From Candidatus Spyradocola sp. (lineage in GTDB: Bacteria > Bacillota > Clostridia > Christensenellales > UBA1750): a stretch of DNA of 64,000 nt. Each line of letters opens with the position of its first letter. Position 1 is the stretch's first letter. The stretch lies in contig JBMNOF010000001.1 in assembly GCA_050942925.1 (NCBI GenBank), forward strand, positions 69,712 through 133,711, written 5' to 3'. Positions 52,445-61,680 of this stretch are shown piece by piece. The translations under genes were made by a program, and so were the position numbers. The notes beneath the pieces are model-generated. The model made no database searches, was not told the DNA's origin, and saw nothing but the letters and a program-made list of their open reading frames with translations.

Positions 52445-54136
52445 TTAGGCAGCCGCACCATCATCGGCAGCAGCGGCGTCGTCGGTCGCAGCAGCGGCAT
52501 CATCCGTCGCAGCAGCGGTGTCGTCAGTCGTCGCGGTGGAATCCTTCGTGGCCTTCCACTCGTTGTACTGGCGCTCGATGTCCGCCTTCAGCTCGTCCAG
52601 GCCAGCGGCCTTCAGATCGGAGATGTACTGCGGCAGGGCAGTGGAGGGATCCACAGCACCGGTCAGCAGAGAGCGGTTCATAGCATCCTGCACGTTAACA
52701 ACGGCAGCCAGCTGCGTCTCGAGCTCAACGGGAACGATGTAACGGAAGCCAAGGGAGGGATGCATGATGGCATCAGCAGAGTACTCCTGGAGCTTCTGGT
52801 TCTTCTCCGGGTCCTCATCGGTGGTGACATCCTGGATCGCGGTGTTACCCATGGTCCAAGCGCCGCCGTGCACGCCGTACCAAGAGGGATCGAGCAGCTC
52901 AACGCGGCCGTCCTCAGCGAACTCCCACTGCACGCCCTGAACGCCGAAGAGCATCATGTCAAGCAGCTCGGTGTCAGTGTGCATGAGGTTGATGTACTGC
53001 ATGGCCTTGACCGGATCTTCACTGGTCACGGGGATGGCGAGCATGGAGCCGCCAGCGTGCGTGGTGATGCAGACCTTGCCCTGCATGTAGATCTCCTGGA
53101 GGTTGAGGTCGAGGTTACCGGAGGTGATCATCATCTCCTGGGCCTTGATGTTCTCGCCCTTCAGAGGAGCAGAGATGAACAGCCACTCGCCAGCCGCGAA
53201 CGGAGCGGAGGTGTTGACGTCGAAGGAAGTCAAGGGGCTATCGGGATGGACATAACCAGCCTGGAACCACTTGTACATGGTTTCCACGTGGGCCTTGTTC
53301 TCCTCGGTCTCCCAGACGGAGTACCAGGTCTCGTCGAAGACGCCGTTCTCATCGGGGTCGTACTTCTGGGCGATCAGGTTACCGGTCAGGCCGTTGACCT
53401 GGTTCGCAACCCAGGGCTCGTCGCCCCAGCCGCCGTCGTTCAGGTAGCCGTACTGCTCGGGATGGAGCTCCTTGTAAGCCGCCAGGTAGGGCTCAAAGTC
53501 CTCCAGGCAGGTGATGACGGACAGGTCGGTCAGACCAACTTCGTTCGCGGCGTCCATGTTGACGATGAAGCCCATGGGAACGCACAGCTCCTTGTTGGTG
53601 GGAACCGCATAGTTGATGCCGTTCATCTGGGTACCGGTGATGAACGCGGGGTTCAGGCTCTCCAGGATGCCCTGGCCATACTGCTCAAGCAGGTTGCCAT
53701 ACTGGCCGTTATCATCGTTCAGGGGGAGAAGCAGGTTACGGGTAACCTCGTTAACGTAGCCCTGCCAGTCAGCGGTGAAGAAGATATCGATCTTCTCGCC
53801 AGCCTGCAGCGCGGTCACAGCACGAGCGTTCCAGTCACCAGCGGAGACGACGACGAAGTTGATGTTCGCGCCGATCAGGGGCTCGATGTGCTCGTTGATC
53901 GCATTCTGGACGGACTCACGCACGGCGTTGTCCTGCATGCCGTACATGTAGTAGGTCAGGGTGTAGACGTCGCCGGAAGGCTCCGCAGCGGGGGATTCTT
54001 CCGTGCCGTCGTCGGTGGCAGCGGGCTCGGTGCCGTCGGCGGCAGGAGATTCCGCAGGAGTCTCGGTCGTTGTGCAGGCGGTCATCGCAAACACGAGGAC
54101 CAGCGCCATCAACAACGCCACGATCTTCTTGGTCAT
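52445..54136 (-). CDS. ABC transporter extracellular solute-binding lipoprotein (LplA/LipO-like), paralog 2
   Basis: MTKKIVALLMALVLVFAMTAC lipobox. Collinear with paralogs 1 and 3. C-terminal (TDDAAAA)n tail. Confidence 0.85.
   Translation of the reverse strand: MTKKIVALLMALVLVFAMTACTTTETPAESPAADGTEPAATDDGTEESPAAEPSGDVYTLTYYMYGMQDNAVRESVQNAINEHIEPLIGANINFVVVSAGDWNARAVTALQAGEKIDIFFTADWQGYVNEVTRNLLLPLNDDNGQYGNLLEQYGQGILESLNPAFITGTQMNGINYAVPTNKELCVPMGFIVNMDAANEVGLTDLSVITCLEDFEPYLAAYKELHPEQYGYLNDGGWGDEPWVANQVNGLTGNLIAQKYDPDENGVFDETWYSVWETEENKAHVETMYKWFQAGYVHPDSPLTSFDVNTSAPFAAGEWLFISAPLKGENIKAQEMMITSGNLDLNLQEIYMQGKVCITTHAGGSMLAIPVTSEDPVKAMQYINLMHTDTELLDMMLFGVQGVQWEFAEDGRVELLDPSWYGVHGGAWTMGNTAIQDVTTDEDPEKNQKLQEYSADAIMHPSLGFRYIVPVELETQLAAVVNVQDAMNRSLLTGAVDPSTALPQYISDLKAAGLDELKADIERQYNEWKATKDSTATTDDTAAATDDAAAATDDAAAADDGAAA
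52466..52528 (-). repeat. 21-bp tandem repeat x3 encoding the (TDDxAAA)n tail of SBP paralog 2
   Basis: GGCAGCAGCGGCGTCGTCGGT / CGCAGCAGCGGCATCATCCGT / CGCAGCAGCGGTGTCGTCAGT. Confidence 0.85.
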
Positions 54137-54608
54137 GCTAAATTCCTCCTTAGAGTGTTTGGTCCATCCCGACCACTGAGGGGGCAGCGGTGGGTGGGGT
54201 CCTTGTACGGTATTTATCCTAACACTTTTTCTTTACAAATGCAATATGCTTTTTAACTCTCTTTGAAATTTTTTTGTGCGACTTGTCCAAGAATTTTCCC
54301 CTTGATTTTGCGGTTATTCCCAAGTTATGGCCTCTTTGGACTTCCATCTTTCTGCAAAAAAGGTGAATTTTCAGTAAATTTAATTATACTTCTATCATAT
54401 TTTTTCTTTACAATGGTTATGACTTGTAAATAAAAAATCCCCTGAACTACAGGGATAATTTCCGTCATTGCTGTCCTACGGCTTTGGCAATCGTCTTTTT
54501 TTGCGCCATCCTTTGCTGTAGACGCAAGCAACGGAAAACGGCCCCGCGTCGGAGCGCGAGACCGTTTTCCTGTACACCCTTTTGGAGGAAGAAGAATTGG
54601 ATTTGTGC

Positions 54609-56198
54609 TTATTCCGCAGTCTGCGTGGTCTTCCACTCTGCATACTGCGCTTCGATGTCCGCCTTGATGTCCTGCAGGCCGGCGGCGTTGAGCTGCTCGA
54701 CGTAGGAGGGGATCGCAGTGGCGGGATCCATTGCACCGGTCAGCAGCGCGCGGTTATTGGCTTCCTGCACGTTGTTGACAGCCGCCCACTGGCTTTCGAG
54801 TTCCGCCGGAACGACGTAACGGAAACCAAGGGTGGGATGCGGGGTCGCGTCCGCGGAGTAATCCTGGAGAAGCTGGTTCTTTTCCGGATCCTCAATGGTG
54901 GTGACATCCTGGATGACGGTGTTGCCCATGGTCCAAGCTCCGCCGTGCGCGCCGTACCACTGGGAGTCAAGAATCTCGACGCGGCCGTCCTCAGCAAAGG
55001 TCCACATGGTCTCGGGCACGCCGTAGAGCATCATGTCGATCAGCTCGGTGTCGGTGTGCATGAGGTTGATGTACTGCATGGCCTTGGTCGGATCCTGCGA
55101 GGTGACGGGGATGGCGAGCATGGAGCCGCCGGAGTGGGTGGTGACGATGTACTTGCCCTGGCCGTAGATCTCATTCACTTCGAGGTCCGCGTTGCCGGAG
55201 GCATTGACCAGCTCCTGGCCCTTGATGTTGCTGCCCTTCAGGGGCTGCGGGTACACCAGGAAGTTGCCGGTGTTGAACACGTCGGTGGTGCTGTAGGTGG
55301 TCAGAGAGGAGTCGGGATCGATGTAGCCCGCCTGCATCCACTTGTACATCAGCTCGGACTGCTCGCGGTTGTAGTCGGTCTCCCAAACGGAGTACCAGGT
55401 CTCGTCGAAGACGCCGTTCTCATCGCACTCCTGCAGCATGCTGACCAGGTCGCCGTTGAGGTTGGAGACCGCGCCGGGAACCCAGGGAGAATCGCCCCAA
55501 GAACCGTCCGTCAGGTACGGGTACTGGTTCGGATAGAGCTCCTTGTAGGCCGCCAGGTAGGGCTCAAAGTCCGCCGTGCAGGTGATGGTGGCGGGGTCCA
55601 TACCGACCTCGGCCGCCGCTTTGACGTTGTAGACCCAGCCCATCGGAACGCACAGTTCCTTGTTGGTGGGAACCGCGTAATTGATGCCTTCAAACTGCGT
55701 ACCGGTGATGAACGCGGGGTTCAGGCTCTCCAGAATGCCCTGGCCGTAGGTCTCCAGCAGGTTGCCGTACTTGCCATCATCGTCATTCAAGGGAGTGAAC
55801 AAGCCTTGCGTAACGGAGCGAACGTAGCTCAGCCAGTCTGCGGTGAAGAAGATATCGATCGTCTCGCCGGACTGCAGGGCCGTCAGGGCCTTGTTGTTCC
55901 AGTCGCCGGTGGAGATGATCTGGAAGGATACCTTCGCGCCAATCAGCGGCTCCACATAGGCGCTGATCGCTTCCTCAACCTGGTTGCGAACGCTGGTATC
56001 CTGCATGCCGTAGATGTAGTAGATCAGCGTCAAGTCGCTGCTGCCAGACGTGGCGGCAGGTTCTTCGCTGGCGGGCGTCTCTGCGGTGTCACCGTCGGTT
56101 GCGGCCGGGGAGTCCGCAGGCGTTTCGGTGGTCGTACAGGCGGTCATCGCCAGAACCATCACCAAAACCATGAGCAATGCGATGAGCTTCTTTAGCAT
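54609..56198 (-). CDS. ABC transporter extracellular solute-binding lipoprotein (LplA/LipO-like), paralog 3
   Basis: MLKKLIALLMVLVMVLAMTAC lipobox. Collinear with paralogs 1 and 2. No repeat tail. Confidence 0.85.
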   Translation of the reverse strand: MLKKLIALLMVLVMVLAMTACTTTETPADSPAATDGDTAETPASEEPAATSGSSDLTLIYYIYGMQDTSVRNQVEEAISAYVEPLIGAKVSFQIISTGDWNNKALTALQSGETIDIFFTADWLSYVRSVTQGLFTPLNDDDGKYGNLLETYGQGILESLNPAFITGTQFEGINYAVPTNKELCVPMGWVYNVKAAAEVGMDPATITCTADFEPYLAAYKELYPNQYPYLTDGSWGDSPWVPGAVSNLNGDLVSMLQECDENGVFDETWYSVWETDYNREQSELMYKWMQAGYIDPDSSLTTYSTTDVFNTGNFLVYPQPLKGSNIKGQELVNASGNADLEVNEIYGQGKYIVTTHSGGSMLAIPVTSQDPTKAMQYINLMHTDTELIDMMLYGVPETMWTFAEDGRVEILDSQWYGAHGGAWTMGNTVIQDVTTIEDPEKNQLLQDYSADATPHPTLGFRYVVPAELESQWAAVNNVQEANNRALLTGAMDPATAIPSYVEQLNAAGLQDIKADIEAQYAEWKTTQTAE

Positions 56199-56606
56199 TC
56201 TGGTATCCTCCTTTTTTTCATGGGTTCCGTCCCATTGGTTTTTCGGTTTGGGGGTTACACAGAGAATAGCATATACTTTTCAAAAAATCAATAGTTTTTT
56301 AAGATTATTTTTTACACAAATTGCCCAATATAAATCCGTCAAAAATGCTTTATTTTCAATAAATTTTATGCTTTTATTGACACTTTTCCACTTTTTCCAT
56401 TAACATTTACTTAACATAATACTCGCAAATATTGCACAGAATTTCTTTTCCGGCTTTTTCCCCAAACATTATTGTAAGTACTTACATCTTGATTGTAAAA
56501 AGTTGTTTTGGCCATATTGCTTGGATTCTCGCAACTTACCTTCATTCTATCCTTTTTTATGCTAAATCTACGCCTAATTTTACGTATTTTTGCGGCCGTT
56601 TTGCGC

Positions 56607-56644
56607 AAAAAAGACGTCCAAGGAATGGAAATTCCTTGGACGTC
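56607..56644 (-). terminator. Intrinsic terminator after the two ABC permease genes
   Basis: GACGTCCAAGGAAT / ATTCCTTGGACGTC perfect 14-bp stem with a 4-nt loop, then TTTTTTGCG on the minus strand. Confidence 0.85.
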
Positions 56645-56683
56645 CACAGATACGAACAATTTTGGCTTTTGCGACTTGGCGTC

Positions 56684-57628
56684 TTAGCCCTTGACCGCGC
56701 CGATGGTCAGGCCCTTGACAAAGTACTTCTGGAAGAAGGGGTAGGCCAGGATGATGGGTCCCATGGTGACCATGGCCATGGCCATACGGAACGTCTCCGA
56801 GGGCAGGTTCGCGATCATGGACGCGAGCGCGCCAACCTGGGAAGCCATTTCTCTCAGGAAGCGGATGTTGTTCAGGGTCTGGTAGATGGTGTACTGCAGG
56901 TTGTAGTACTTAGACTCATCCACGAGCAGCATGCAGTTGAAGAAGTTGTTCCACACGCTGATGGCGGCGAACAGAGCGACCGTAGCCAGGCCAGGCACGG
57001 CCAGAGGCAGAACGATCTGCAGCAGCGTTCTCCACTCGCCAGCGCCGTCGATGCGCGCCGACTCGATGACGGCGTCCGGGACGTTGGACTTGTAGAAGGA
57101 ACGCATGATCAGCACCCAGTACGCGCTGAAGGACAGCGGCAGGAACAGAGCCCAGATGGAGTTGCCGATGTGCAGGATCTGGCGGCAGGTCACGTAGAAC
57201 GCAACGGTACCGGCCGTGAACAGCTGGGTAAAGAAGGAGATGAACGTGAACACCCGGCGCCAACGGAAGTCCGGACGGGAAATCGGGTAGGCGTACAGGC
57301 CAACGGAGGCAACACAGAGAACCGTGCCAACCACGGTGGCGATGATGGTGTTCTTATAGGCCGTGCCGATGATGGAACCCTTGGAGAACAGGAACTTATA
57401 GGCCTCCACCGACCACTCCTGCGGCCAGAAGCCGTATCCGTAAGTGGTCAGCGCGTGCTCCGACGTGAAGGAGGCGATGATGATGACCCAAATCGGGACA
57501 ACGGTGACCAGAACGGCGATGATGAACACGATGTTCAACAGAATGTTTGCGCCGTTGGAGATCTCGTTCATGTCCTTGTTTTTCTTGACGACTTTGATCT
57601 TTTCCGTAGCATGCGTCTGCGAAGTCAT
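56684..57628 (-). CDS. Carbohydrate ABC transporter permease (LplC/MalG-like)
   Basis: 314 aa, 6 TM. EAA-loop-like ..ESARIDGAGEWRTLLQIVLPLAVPG... Confidence 0.85.
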   Translation of the reverse strand: MTSQTHATEKIKVVKKNKDMNEISNGANILLNIVFIIAVLVTVVPIWVIIIASFTSEHALTTYGYGFWPQEWSVEAYKFLFSKGSIIGTAYKNTIIATVVGTVLCVASVGLYAYPISRPDFRWRRVFTFISFFTQLFTAGTVAFYVTCRQILHIGNSIWALFLPLSFSAYWVLIMRSFYKSNVPDAVIESARIDGAGEWRTLLQIVLPLAVPGLATVALFAAISVWNNFFNCMLLVDESKYYNLQYTIYQTLNNIRFLREMASQVGALASMIANLPSETFRMAMAMVTMGPIILAYPFFQKYFVKGLTIGAVKG

Positions 57629-57646
57629 GAATCTGCTCCTCCTTTC

Positions 57647-58651
57647 TTAGAACATGGCCATCTCGGGAGAGACCTTGCGCACGATCAGGTTCGTGGAAAG
57701 AACCATGATGAAGCCGACGATCGACTGGAAGAAAGCCGCCGCGGATGCAAGGCCGAGCTGGGCGCCCGTCTTCATGGTGTTGTAAACGTAGACGTCCAAG
57801 GTGGTGGACACGTTCTTCAGCGGGCCGGAGCCGTTCGGAACGGAGTAGAACATATCGAAGTCGCCGTTGAAGATACGGCCAACAGCCAGGATCTCCAGAA
57901 GGACGATCGTGGGCAGAAGCAGGGGCAGGGTGATGTTGGTGATCTGCTTCCACTTGCCTGCGCCATCGATGGCAGCCGCTTCATACAGCTCCTGGTCAAA
58001 GCCGGTGAGGGTGGCCAGGTAGATGATGGAGTTGTTGCCCGTGTACTTCCAGATATTACAGAAGACGAAGATGAAGGGCCAATACTGGGGAGAAGAGTAG
58101 AAGTTGATGGTGTTCTGTCCAAGAGCCTTCAGCCACTGGTTAAAGACGCCGTTGGCGCTGACGAACGCGTAGACAACGTAGGCGACGATGATCCAGGAGA
58201 TGAAGTAGGGCATGAAGAGGATGGTGTGGTAGACCTTGGCCAGGATGCGGTTGCGAAGCTCGTTAACCATGATGGCCAGGGCGACCGACAACACCAGGCC
58301 CAGCGCCATGAAGACGATGTTGTAGCCTAGGGTGTTGCGCAGCACCATTGCCGCGTCAGGGGTATTGAAGATGTACTCGAAGTTGGAGAATCCAACCCAC
58401 TCGTTATCCACAAACAAGCTGTAGATGAAGCGGTTCTGGATCCAGTAGTCTGCCGGAGGGGTAGCCAACTGGTAACGCTTAAATGCGAGAATCAGAGCGG
58501 GCATGGGCAGGTAGCTGAAGCAAAACAGAAAAACCAAGCCCGGCAGCAGCATCGTCAAGAACGCGAGATGCCGCTTGACCTCGCCCGAGCCCCATTTTTT
58601 GTGCTTCAGTGTCTTTGCCGTTCCGGGCGTCAGTGCGGATTTTGCAGCCAT
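57647..58651 (-). CDS. Sugar ABC transporter permease (LplB/MalF-like)
   Basis: 334 aa from ATG 58651, with an AGGAGGAG RBS. ..EAAAIDGAGKWKQITNITLPLLLP.. EAA loop. Confidence 0.85.
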   Translation of the reverse strand: MAAKSALTPGTAKTLKHKKWGSGEVKRHLAFLTMLLPGLVFLFCFSYLPMPALILAFKRYQLATPPADYWIQNRFIYSLFVDNEWVGFSNFEYIFNTPDAAMVLRNTLGYNIVFMALGLVLSVALAIMVNELRNRILAKVYHTILFMPYFISWIIVAYVVYAFVSANGVFNQWLKALGQNTINFYSSPQYWPFIFVFCNIWKYTGNNSIIYLATLTGFDQELYEAAAIDGAGKWKQITNITLPLLLPTIVLLEILAVGRIFNGDFDMFYSVPNGSGPLKNVSTTLDVYVYNTMKTGAQLGLASAAAFFQSIVGFIMVLSTNLIVRKVSPEMAMF

Positions 58652-58846
58652 TGTTTCTCCTCCTGTTCTAAGAATATGACCTCTGCGGCACGGCAACCAG
58701 AGCCTCGCGCCGCTGCGCTTTCTCCGTCTGCCGGAACCCCTGCACGCACCCGCTGCCCGACGGGGGGGAACAACCGCGCTCCCTTTTGCGTTTATTGCCC
58801 AAGGGGATGCGGTGTTTTCGGACGGCCCGTGCGTTTCGTCTTAGTT

Positions 58847-58875
58847 ATTATAGCATCCTCTATTTACATTTACAA
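58847..58875 (-). promoter_or_regulatory. Sigma-A-type promoter of the permease operon
   Basis: Minus strand: TTGTAA (58875-58870), 17 nt, TATAAT (58852-58847). About 190-nt 5' UTR. Confidence 0.6.
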
Positions 58876-59192
58876 TCCCTTTGTTAAGAAAAAATGTCAG
58901 AATTTCTATTTATTTTGACTGTCTTTTTTACAAGGGTTTTGGCAACCTATCACAAAAAATCTGCCTTGCGCATACAGGACCCGAAAAAGTACGGCCCTCT
59001 TCTCCGCTTGCGCGCCCCGCCGGTCTACAGGAGACGGGCGCTTTTGCAACGCCGGAGAAATGCTTCTGAAACTATATCCTTTTTCCTGCGGCTCTCCCTA
59101 CAATAGGGGATATGCCGCCGCCGGGGAAGGAATTCCTTTTGGGAATGGCGAATTGATTTTTTACACACAAAAATTGTATGGGAGGGCTGACC

Positions 59193-60023
59193 ATGAACCT
59201 GAGAACCACAAAGCGCTTGAACGACGGACGCGAAATGCCGATCTTTGGCCTTGGCGTATTCCGGTCCAAGGATGGCGAGGAGACCTACAACGCAGTGCGC
59301 TACGCGTTGGACGCCGGGTACCGCCACATCGATACCGCGGCCGTTTACGGAAACGAGGCCTCTGTCGGCCGCGCCATCCACGACAGCGGCATTCCCCGCG
59401 AGGAAATCTGGATCACCACCAAGCTTTGGAACTCGGAGATCCGCGCGCACAACGAAGAAGCGGCGCTCGCGGCGAGCCTTGCGCGCCTGGGAACGGACTA
59501 TGTGGACCTCTACCTCATCCACTGGCCCGTGCGCGAGGAGCAGGGCTACCTGCGCGCCTGGAAGAAGATGGAGGACTTCCGCCGCCGCGGCCTGGCCCGG
59601 TCCATCGGCGTGAGCAATTACCACATCCACCATCTGGAGGACGTCCTCCGGGAGGCTGAGGTCGTTCCGGCGGTCGACCAGGTGGAGTGTCATCCGGAGC
59701 TGACGCAGGTCGAGCTGGCGAACTTCTGCGCGGAGAAGGGCATCGCCTTTGAGCCCTGGTCGCCGCTTGGCGCCGGAAAGCTCCTGACCGACCCGACGCT
59801 CGTGTCCATTGCCGAAGCCTACGGCAAGACGCCGGCCCAGGTCATTCTCCGCTGGGGCCTGCAGCGCGGCTTCATCTGCATCCCCAAGTCGGTGCACAAG
59901 GATCGCATCGAATCGAACGCGCAGATCTTTGACTTTGCGCTGACCGACGAGGACATGAACCGCATCTATGCCCTCAACAAGAACGCCCGCGTGGGCTCCG
60001 ACCCGGAGACCTTCACCTTCTGA
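59193..60023 (+). CDS. Aldo/keto reductase (2,5-diketo-D-gluconate reductase-like)
   Basis: ..YRHIDTAAVYGNE.., ..LWN.., ..DLYLIHWP.., ..IGVSN.., ..IPKS.. are AKR catalytic tetrad/signature regions. GGGAGGG RBS before ATG 59193. Confidence 0.9.
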   Translation: MNLRTTKRLNDGREMPIFGLGVFRSKDGEETYNAVRYALDAGYRHIDTAAVYGNEASVGRAIHDSGIPREEIWITTKLWNSEIRAHNEEAALAASLARLGTDYVDLYLIHWPVREEQGYLRAWKKMEDFRRRGLARSIGVSNYHIHHLEDVLREAEVVPAVDQVECHPELTQVELANFCAEKGIAFEPWSPLGAGKLLTDPTLVSIAEAYGKTPAQVILRWGLQRGFICIPKSVHKDRIESNAQIFDFALTDEDMNRIYALNKNARVGSDPETFTF

Positions 60024-60038
60024 TCGGCGGCGCGGCAA

Positions 60039-60086
60039 AGAGGGAGCGGGGGGACGCTTTTGCGTCCCCCCGCTCCCTCTTTTTTT
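60039..60086. terminator. Intrinsic terminator after the AKR gene (possibly bidirectional)
   Basis: AGAGGGAGCGGGGGGACGC / GCGTCCCCCCGCTCCCTCT 19-bp stem with a TTTT loop, then TTTTTT. Confidence 0.85.
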
Positions 60087-60105
60087 GGGCTTCTTGCCGT
60101 CCCGG

Positions 60106-61680
60106 CTATCCCAGCTGAATGGCGCGGACCGCCTCCATGAGGTCCACGACGTCCTCGCGCGCGACAAAGGAGGTCGGCACGCCGTCCACGACGGCCAAGC
60201 AGTCGGCGCTGTCGTAGCGGTAGAGCTCGATGCGCACCTGCGGGCAGCTCTCGTTTGCGAGCTCCAGCGTCAAGGAGATCTCCAGCTGGTCCGCGGGCGC
60301 CTCGGAGGTAAAGCTCTCGGCGGTCAGCGCGGCGAGCGTATCGCGCAGGTTCATGACGCTGACCTCCTCGCCGTTGCAGGTCCAAGTGGGCTCTTCGTCC
60401 TCCGTTCCGTCCTCCGCGGCAGCCGTTGCCGTGGCCTCCGCGCTCTCGCCCGTCTCGTCCTGCGCGGTTTCGGCCGTCAGGACCAGCGTCTGGCCGTCCA
60501 GGAGGATCGTGGCCTCCGTCACGTCGTCAAAGTCTCCCCAGAAGACTTGGCGGTGGCGCAGATCGTCGTAGGAGCCGGCAAACAGCGCCTCGCCGTCGGA
60601 TTCGGAGAGGTTGTAGACGATTTGGGACTCGCCCACGCGCAGGTAGTAGTCGTAGGACACTTCCTCCGCCGCTTCCTCCTGCGCGTCCCCGGTTTCGCCG
60701 TCAGCGGATTCCGCGGTCTCCTCCGGGGTCTCGCTTTCCTCCGGGGCCTCGGTCTCCTCCGCGCCCTCTTCCGCCTCTTCCTCCTGCTCCACGCGGCCGA
60801 CGTGTAGGACCAGGGTGCCGGATACGGTCTCCGGTTCGGCGCTCTCCTCTCCGGTTTCCCCGTCGGTCTCGGCGGCCTGCTCGTATTCCAGGGTGACGGT
60901 CAGGGCCGGGTCGGTCAGTCCGAAGGCGGCCAGCTCGATTTCGCTGGCGTTATAGGTGGCGTAGTCGGTCAGGATCAGGTCTTGGATCTCGTCCACGTAG
61001 TCCTCCACAAGCTCGGTATCCAGGGGCAGGGATTCGCCGTCGCGGTCGAAATAGTAGACGTCCTCGTCGCTATAGGAGGGGCCGCCCGACTCGACATAGG
61101 AGACGCTTGCCGCGGTCTCCCCCTCCAGGGAGAGGGCGGTCACGGTTTCCATGTCGGGGATCTCGTCGTTTTTGATGAGGTCGGAGAGTTCGACTTCATA
61201 GGCGTCCATGGGGTCCTGGATGGCGAGGTAGACGTTGCCGTCCCCGATGGAGACATAGCGCTGGTCGTCCATGGTGCTCATGTCGCCGATGTCGATGGTA
61301 TAGGCGGCATCGGCGGTTTGGATTTCAATGGTACAGGTGGGTTCCTCCAGGCCGTACTGGGCGAAGTCCGTGACGTCGCGGATGATGAAGTCTGCGCTGA
61401 AGTCCGCAAAGGGCGCGAGCAGCGCATCCAGGGCCTCCTCGTCCACGGGGAAGGCCTCGTCCGCGTCGTAGAGCCAGTCACCGTCCTTGTGGAAGGCGAA
61501 GCTCTCCTCCCCGCTCGTCCAGGACAGGGCGGTCACGCTTTCCGCGTCGATGGCCAAGGCGGTCTCGCCGCTCGCCTCGATCTGCTCCTGCTTCTCCTCT
61601 ATGCGGGTGGCCAGGAACCCCGCGGCGCAGACCACCGCGAGCACGCCCACCAGGATCAACAGCCGCTTAGACCGTTGCAT
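60106..61680 (-). CDS. DUF4340 domain protein (accessory to the GldG-type ABC system)
   Basis: N-terminal TM anchor (LLILVGVLAVVCAAGFL). ..LAIDAESVTALSW..FAFHKDGDWLYDADEAFPVDEEALDALL.. is typical of DUF4340. Acidic low-complexity insert. Overlaps the upstream GldG-like gene by 14 nt. Confidence 0.7.
   Translation of the reverse strand: MQRSKRLLILVGVLAVVCAAGFLATRIEEKQEQIEASGETALAIDAESVTALSWTSGEESFAFHKDGDWLYDADEAFPVDEEALDALLAPFADFSADFIIRDVTDFAQYGLEEPTCTIEIQTADAAYTIDIGDMSTMDDQRYVSIGDGNVYLAIQDPMDAYEVELSDLIKNDEIPDMETVTALSLEGETAASVSYVESGGPSYSDEDVYYFDRDGESLPLDTELVEDYVDEIQDLILTDYATYNASEIELAAFGLTDPALTVTLEYEQAAETDGETGEESAEPETVSGTLVLHVGRVEQEEEAEEGAEETEAPEESETPEETAESADGETGDAQEEAAEEVSYDYYLRVGESQIVYNLSESDGEALFAGSYDDLRHRQVFWGDFDDVTEATILLDGQTLVLTAETAQDETGESAEATATAAAEDGTEDEEPTWTCNGEEVSVMNLRDTLAALTAESFTSEAPADQLEISLTLELANESCPQVRIELYRYDSADCLAVVDGVPTSFVAREDVVDLMEAVRAIQLG

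Noticed and set aside
54325-54636. Small ORFs in the AT-rich spacers (103 aa at 54325-54636, 82 aa at 56411-56659, 70 aa at 58894-59106, and 2539-2769).
   Set aside because: No RBS, odd composition, and they overlap terminators or promoters of flanking genes. Most likely non-coding.
59025-60167. 380-aa ORF antisense to the aldo/keto reductase gene.
   Set aside because: The plus-strand AKR has complete family signatures, an RBS and a terminator. The antisense translation is low-complexity.
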